Positions 58,636-64,000 of a DNA stretch of 64,000 bases are shown one piece after another (the stretch's first letter is position 1; every line of letters starts with the position of its first letter). The notes under the pieces are model-generated. The model worked only from the letters and a program-made list of their open reading frames with translations, had not been told where the DNA came from and searched no databases. The position numbers and the translations under genes were made by a program. This stretch comes from a virus, in the IMG/VR virus record IMGVR_UViG_3300034072_002256, positions 1-64,000 of that record; one strand, given 5' to 3'.

Positions 58636-60200
58636 TGCAAACAGATAAAAATGGCACCATGTTCCGGGTGCGAGAGAAACAAAAACAGACCGATAACAGC
58701 CCGCGCATTCTGCAGCTGCGCCGGGAGTTCGCCGAACATCCAAGCCGTGGTTTAACGCCGATGACTCTGGCGGCCATTATGACGGATGCAGAGCAGGGCA
58801 ACTTACTGGCGCAGTGTTACCTGGCTGAAGACGTTGAAGAAAAAGACGGCCATATCTATGCCGAGCTGTTCAAACGCCGGATGGCGCTGACCAGTGTGCC
58901 GTATCGTATTGAACCACCACGCAACGCCAGTGCCCAGGAAAAGAAAGACGCCGCCACCTACAACGATGTGTTGTCCGATATCCCCAACTTTGAAGATGTG
59001 ATCTTCAATATGGCCGACGGTATTTTAAAGGGCTTCAGCAATCTGGAGTTTCACTGGGAGCGCTATAACGACTTTCGCTTGCCGGCGGATTTTCAGCACC
59101 GGCCGGCTACATGGTTCCAGTTATCTCCGCATAATCAGGACCAGTTGGTGCTGCGTAACGGCACTTCTGAAGGCGAAGCGCTGGCGCAGTTCGGCTGGAT
59201 CCAGCATCGCCACGCTGCCAAAAGTGGTTACGTCGCCCGCACAGGTTTGATTCGCCAATTAGCCTGGCCATTTATCTTTAAGAACTATTCGGTACGAGAC
59301 CTTGCCGAGTTCTTGGAGATCTATGGCATCCCGATCCGGATTGGTAAATATCCGGCCGGCGCCAGTGATGATGAAAAGAACCGGCTGCTGCAGGCCGTCT
59401 GGAGTGTTGGCCACAACAGTGCCGGCATTATGCCAAAGGGCATGGAAATGGATTTTGTCGAAGCGGCCAAAGGCGGCGGCGATCCGTTTTTGAGCATGAT
59501 GTCCTGGTGTGAGCGCGTCCAATCCAAGGTTATTTTGGGCCAGACATTAACAGCACAGGTTGACAGTACCGGCAGCCAGGCGCTGGGGAATGTACACAAT
59601 GAAGTCCGGCTTGATATCCGAAATCATGACTTGCGCCAACTGGCCAGCACGCTAAATCGCGATTTACTGTGGCCAATGCATATGCTGAACGGCAAATCGT
59701 ACACCGGCGACCCGCGCCGGATGCCGCAGCTGAAATTTGATATCGAGGAAGCCGAAGATATCAAGCTGTTCAGTGAAGCGTTGCCAGCTTTGGCCAATGC
59801 CGGTATGAGGATCCCAACAGCCTGGGCACATCAAAAATTATCAATCCCGTTACCGGAGAACGACGAACCGGTGCTGGGAGCACAAGCACCAGTTGTACCA
59901 GCAAAAGAGAAAGCGGCAGCGCTGACAAGGGCCATAGCCAGCCTGAAAGCCGAATTGCCTGAACAAGACATTGCTGACCAGCTTGCGGCACAGCTGCGAG
60001 CAAAAGCAGCGCCAGTGATGGGCAAGTTGTTAAAGCCAATTGAAGAATTGGTCGCGAACGCCACCAGCCTGGAAGACTTGCTGCAGCAACTGCTGACACT
60101 TGAAGGCAAGCTGGATGAATCAGAACTGGCCGAAGTGATGCAGCTGGCGCTGAGTGCGGCAGAAATGGGTGGCCGGTTTGATGTTGCTGTGGGGAACTGA
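58635..60200 (+). CDS. Portal protein
   Basis: DLAEFLEIYGIPIRIGKY; divergent homologue of the prophage 1 portal. Confidence 0.92.
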   Translation: MQTDKNGTMFRVREKQKQTDNSPRILQLRREFAEHPSRGLTPMTLAAIMTDAEQGNLLAQCYLAEDVEEKDGHIYAELFKRRMALTSVPYRIEPPRNASAQEKKDAATYNDVLSDIPNFEDVIFNMADGILKGFSNLEFHWERYNDFRLPADFQHRPATWFQLSPHNQDQLVLRNGTSEGEALAQFGWIQHRHAAKSGYVARTGLIRQLAWPFIFKNYSVRDLAEFLEIYGIPIRIGKYPAGASDDEKNRLLQAVWSVGHNSAGIMPKGMEMDFVEAAKGGGDPFLSMMSWCERVQSKVILGQTLTAQVDSTGSQALGNVHNEVRLDIRNHDLRQLASTLNRDLLWPMHMLNGKSYTGDPRRMPQLKFDIEEAEDIKLFSEALPALANAGMRIPTAWAHQKLSIPLPENDEPVLGAQAPVVPAKEKAAALTRAIASLKAELPEQDIADQLAAQLRAKAAPVMGKLLKPIEELVANATSLEDLLQQLLTLEGKLDESELAEVMQLALSAAEMGGRFDVAVGN

Positions 60201-61639
60201 TGCCAACACCACCCCCAAATACCGCTCAGTACGGCAGCTTGCCATTTAAAGAAGCCATCGCGTTTTTCCGGGCCAAAACCAATCTGCCCAGTGAGCGCTG
60301 GGCAGATATCTGGCGCGAGCAGCACAACGTCGGTTTTATGGTTGCCGGTGCGATGAAGACCGATTTACTGGCTGATTTACGCCAGGCGGTGGATGCAGCT
60401 ATCGCCGAAGGGCGCAGTTTAAAGTGGTTTCAACGCGAGTTTAAAAACATTGTGAAACGCACCGGTTGGGAACATACCGGCGATGCCGCCTGGCGGGCGC
60501 GGACCATTTACGACACCAATATGCGCCAGGCTTATAACGCAGGTCGTTATCAGCAACTGCAGCAGTTTGAATTCTGGCGTTATGTGCATGGTGATAGCCG
60601 ATATCCGCGCCCAGCACACCAGGCTAAACACGGCTTGGTTTTACCTAAGACTGCAGCCTTTTGGCAGGTATGGTTTCCGCAGAACGGCTGGGGCTGTAAG
60701 TGCAAAGTTATTGGCGAGACTAAACAAAGTCTGGAGCGAAAAGGCCTGAAGGTTTCCGACGAACCAGAAATCGAGCGCCGTGAATGGGTCGATAAAAAGA
60801 CCGGCGAAGTGCACCTGGTACCAAAAGGCATTGATCCAGGGTTTGACTATGCACCCGGCGCAAGCAAACCCAGTGAGCAAGTAAAACAGCAACTGGATGA
60901 CAAGTTACCTCTGGCAGAGCGTTTACCAGACCGGTTAGTTCCTTCAGCTTTTAGCACGGTGCCAGGTGTAAATATCCATCGGCTGAATGAGAAACTGACA
61001 GAACTCGCAGCAACCTCTGCTGGCCCACAAGTGCAGCTGTTGTCGCAGTTCCTGCAAAAGCATGACATCAAAACGATGTTCATTACCCAAGCTCAGATGA
61101 ACCCCAAGGCGATTGCGGCAGCCAAGCTACGTGGAGATATACAGGATTATCTCTCCAGCGAGTTGGGTTATCACCCGATGAATCTGTATACACTCAGAGA
61201 GTTTGAGCAGGCTGCTGGGTTCACCGCGCCAGATTTTAATCACGTAGTGATTAAGGCCGGCGTAAGCTCGATGTTAAGTCGAACTGTTGTCAGTGAGTTG
61301 CAGCAAGCAGTAAATGCTGTGATAAGACTAAAAGCTGCGGAACGGCCGGCGTTTACGTTGTCAAATATTATTAGTAAGTACGCCACGAATGGCGAAGACG
61401 CAGTGTTGCTGACCAATTGGTTACATGAGATTGGCCACCAGTTGCATTATAAAACAGGTGGCGGCATACCAAAGTCTTTGAGCAAATATTGGCTAACCGA
61501 ATATCAGCTGACCGATTATAAAGAATGGCACGCAGAATTGTTCACACTCTGGGTATTAGACCGGGCCGCGCTCGACGCATGGAATAAGGATGTTGCTGTA
61601 TACTTCGATGCGCTGATGCGTCAAGTAATGGGAGGCTGA
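60200..61639 (+). CDS. MuF protein with C-terminal zincin metallopeptidase-like domain
   Basis: FPQNGWGCKCKV MuF motif; HEIGH plus downstream EWHAELF. Confidence 0.82.
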   Translation: MPTPPPNTAQYGSLPFKEAIAFFRAKTNLPSERWADIWREQHNVGFMVAGAMKTDLLADLRQAVDAAIAEGRSLKWFQREFKNIVKRTGWEHTGDAAWRARTIYDTNMRQAYNAGRYQQLQQFEFWRYVHGDSRYPRPAHQAKHGLVLPKTAAFWQVWFPQNGWGCKCKVIGETKQSLERKGLKVSDEPEIERREWVDKKTGEVHLVPKGIDPGFDYAPGASKPSEQVKQQLDDKLPLAERLPDRLVPSAFSTVPGVNIHRLNEKLTELAATSAGPQVQLLSQFLQKHDIKTMFITQAQMNPKAIAAAKLRGDIQDYLSSELGYHPMNLYTLREFEQAAGFTAPDFNHVVIKAGVSSMLSRTVVSELQQAVNAVIRLKAAERPAFTLSNIISKYATNGEDAVLLTNWLHEIGHQLHYKTGGGIPKSLSKYWLTEYQLTDYKEWHAELFTLWVLDRAALDAWNKDVAVYFDALMRQVMGG

Positions 61640-61642
61640 TAA

Positions 61643-61903
61643 ATGGCAATCGAAGACATTTTCACGATGCTGGAAAATGGCACCTATCCACCGGCGGAGC
61701 TAACGCCTTTGAGTGACCAGGCGTTTGCATTGTTAAAAACCGATCTGCCATTTAGGGAAAAGTGGATGCAGATCCAAATATTGTCAAAGCAAGTACGCCG
61801 AGCAGGTGGTGAAGATGCAGACCGCTTTAAGTGGGTGATTGAATCGATTTATGCCGGTGCAACTGCAGAGGAAATCAGCCTTATGCATGAGGACATAGTC
61901 TGA
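61643..61903 (+). CDS. Candidate MuF toxin immunity protein
   Basis: 86-aa ORF immediately after extended MuF, GGAGG RBS. Confidence 0.6.
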   Translation: MAIEDIFTMLENGTYPPAELTPLSDQAFALLKTDLPFREKWMQIQILSKQVRRAGGEDADRFKWVIESIYAGATAEEISLMHEDIV

Positions 61904-62349
61904 TGGCCGGCGTACGACTCAATGCTCAACTGACCGGTGTGGCTGATTTGGTGGATACCCTCAATCAGCTGATGAATAAAACCCGGGATCTACAGCCAGC
62001 ACTTTCTCAAGTCGGCGAATATCTGCTGGAGTCGCACCAATCTCGCTTTCAACTGGAAGTTGCCCCAGACGGCACCCCTTGGGCACCGTTGGCTGCGGAA
62101 ACCCTTGCCCGTAAAAAAGGTGAAGATCGCATCCTGCAGGACCAAGGTACTTTGCGTGACACTTTGAGCTATGAAGCTACCGCCTCTGAACTGCTGTTCG
62201 GTTCAAATCTGGAATATGCCGCAACGCATCAGTTTGGCCGCGAAGAGGATGGGATTGAGGGCCGCCCATTTATCGGCATCACCGATGGCCCCTGGCAGGA
62301 TAGTGTGGAAATTTTGGGGATTTTGCGAGACCATCTGAATACGCCTTAA
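61903..62349 (+). CDS. Mu gpG-like virion morphogenesis protein
   Basis: PDGTPWAPL...GSNLEYAATHQFG...RPFIG. Confidence 0.9.
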   Translation: MAGVRLNAQLTGVADLVDTLNQLMNKTRDLQPALSQVGEYLLESHQSRFQLEVAPDGTPWAPLAAETLARKKGEDRILQDQGTLRDTLSYEATASELLFGSNLEYAATHQFGREEDGIEGRPFIGITDGPWQDSVEILGILRDHLNTP

Positions 62350-62571
62350 AAACGCCTGAGAAGCGATTTGAGGCAAGAGGCGCAATCACGCTATCAAAAG
62401 TAGGGTTGGCAGCGCTCAAAATCAGTTTTAAACACCATTTAAACGGTTTGGTTGTGGCAGCTCTCGAAGAAATTCCGGGAGAACCTTCCAAAATTCGCAA
62501 ATTGCTTTAATTCAGTCCAGCACTCAGACCATATCAAAATCAGCCCAGTGAGTTTTTAACCCTGGGCTTTT

Positions 62572-63684
62572 ATGTTTTCCAAATCTGCTTTGTCCATCGC
62601 CGTTCTCTCTGCTGCCAGTGCTGGCCAGCTGGGTTATGCCGTTCTGACGGCAGAACTGAGCGAAGGCGATGACTGGAAAATGTTGCTGCCTGATGGCGAG
62701 TTCTCTGCTGTTGATGGCCGGCCGCATGATGTGCCAGGTGGCAAATGGCGGATGAATGCCGAAGTTGCCGCACGACTGATTGCTAAAGCGGCACTTCGCC
62801 AAAATGACCTGGTGATTGATTACGAACACCAAACCTTAAACGCGGCCACTACTGGCATTGCTGCACCTGCTGCGGGCTTCTTTCGCGAATTTCAATATCA
62901 GCCAGGCAAGGGGCTTTACGTCAAACCTTTATGGACTACACGTGCTCAGGGCTTTGTTGATGCCAAAGAGTACCGTTACCTGTCTGCCGTTTTCCCTTAT
63001 GACACCACTACCGGCGAGCCAACAGAAATTCTGATGGCGGCGCTGACTAACAATCCCGGCGCCATCGGTATGGAGGCGCTTGCGTCTCTGGTGGCTCGGT
63101 TTGAACAACCCACCCACGGAGATAAACCCATGTCTGATTTGCTGATCCAGTTGATGGCAAAGCTCGGCATTACTCTGAAGCCAGGCGACACCCTGACTGA
63201 CGAGCAAGCCCAGGCCGCGCTGACCGCTGTGACCCACTTACAAGGCAGTGCCGGCAGTGTTGCCGCTTTAACTGCAAAAATCGAAACCCTTGAATCCGCC
63301 GGCGCCGGCAATGTTGACCTGTCGCAGTACGTGCCCATCGCGCAGTACAACGCCGCGTTGACACAGGTGGCCGCCCTAACGGCAACCACAGCCAGCCTGA
63401 CTGTGGAGCAAGTGATTGCCCAGGCAGAGCAGGACGGCAAGCTGATCCTGGCGTCGGAAAAAGACTACCTGGTGAGCCTCGGCAAGCAAAACATGGCTGC
63501 ACTGACAGCACAGCTTGCTGCCCGTCCGGTCGTTGCCGCTTTAACGGCAAAGCAGACCGAACAGCGCAAAGCGCCGGATACGCAAGACAAATCATCGGTC
63601 GCTGCGTTAACGGCTGACCAGAAATCAATCGCTGACCAAATCGGCATTTCCCACGCTGAGTTGGCTCAGGGCTTAGGAGTTTAA
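62572..63684 (+). CDS. gpI-like protease/scaffold (internal scaffold start 63130)
   Basis: IDYEHQT, EYRYLSAVF, ALTNNP. Confidence 0.92.
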   Translation: MFSKSALSIAVLSAASAGQLGYAVLTAELSEGDDWKMLLPDGEFSAVDGRPHDVPGGKWRMNAEVAARLIAKAALRQNDLVIDYEHQTLNAATTGIAAPAAGFFREFQYQPGKGLYVKPLWTTRAQGFVDAKEYRYLSAVFPYDTTTGEPTEILMAALTNNPGAIGMEALASLVARFEQPTHGDKPMSDLLIQLMAKLGITLKPGDTLTDEQAQAALTAVTHLQGSAGSVAALTAKIETLESAGAGNVDLSQYVPIAQYNAALTQVAALTATTASLTVEQVIAQAEQDGKLILASEKDYLVSLGKQNMAALTAQLAARPVVAALTAKQTEQRKAPDTQDKSSVAALTADQKSIADQIGISHAELAQGLGV

Positions 63685-63688
63685 GCAC

Positions 63689-64000
63689 ATGGCACTTGTT
63701 ACCAATGCAACCTTAAACGCGATGCGCGTTGGCTTTAATAAAGTTTTTGAACAGGGCAAAGCTCGGGCAAAGCCGCAGTATATGCAGGTGGCCACAGTGG
63801 TTCCCAGCACCACCAAAAGCAACACCTATGGCTGGTTAGGTCAGTGGCCGGGCTTTCGGGAGTGGGTGGGCGATCGCGTCATCAATTCGATGAAAGAGCA
63901 CGCCTATTCCATCCAGAACAAAGACTTTGAAAGCAGCGTCGGTGTGGACCGCAACGATATCGCGGACGACAACCTGGGCGTCTATAACCCGATGTTCGAT
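63689..64000 (+). CDS. Major capsid protein (gpT-like), truncated by window edge
   Basis: AGGAG RBS; MALVTNATLNAMRVGF...NTYGWLGQWPGFREWVGDR. Confidence 0.9.
   Translation, partial: MALVTNATLNAMRVGFNKVFEQGKARAKPQYMQVATVVPSTTKSNTYGWLGQWPGFREWVGDRVINSMKEHAYSIQNKDFESSVGVDRNDIADDNLGVYNPMFD

Larger units (their letters stand above)
42375..64000 (+). mobile_element. Mu-like transposable prophage 2 (partial)
   Basis: TGTAACCC left end with GTTTGA at the same offset as prophage 1; gene order from repressor to capsid. Confidence 0.95.

Noticed and set aside
5362-63688. Numerous minus-strand and nested short ORFs in the ORF track
   Set aside because: Shadow ORFs of well-supported plus-strand phage genes, without motifs or RBS.
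1-64000. CRISPR array, diversity-generating retroelement or invertible tail segment
   Set aside because: No repeat-spacer array, reverse transcriptase or serine invertase seen.

Overview
The window holds three mobile elements and no recognisable host housekeeping genes. (1) 1-3792: part of an integrated element with a tyrosine integrase, excisionase, a P2 gpA-type rolling-circle rep gene and a P2-type ori; its rep gene is cut at 3792. (2) 3793-42369: a complete 38,577-bp Mu-like transposable prophage (prophage 1) with TG...CA ends, a GGATG 5-bp target duplication, and early, lysis, head and non-contractile tail modules. (3) 42375-64000: a second, related Mu-like prophage (prophage 2) with a different repressor. 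It starts immediately after the second GGATG and runs off the window in its major capsid gene. Main observations: both phages used the same 5-bp target inside the rep gene; a tRNA-shaped RNA with its own antisense promoter sits where the immunity gene of a MuF nuclease toxin would be; three type II hammerhead ribozymes lie in the early operons, two of them bracketing a variable gene; both phages carry a ParB/HEPN-like + DNA adenine methylase moron; and each has its own GATC-centred repeat array at the left end. Protein family names come from motif and synteny recognition, not database searches.
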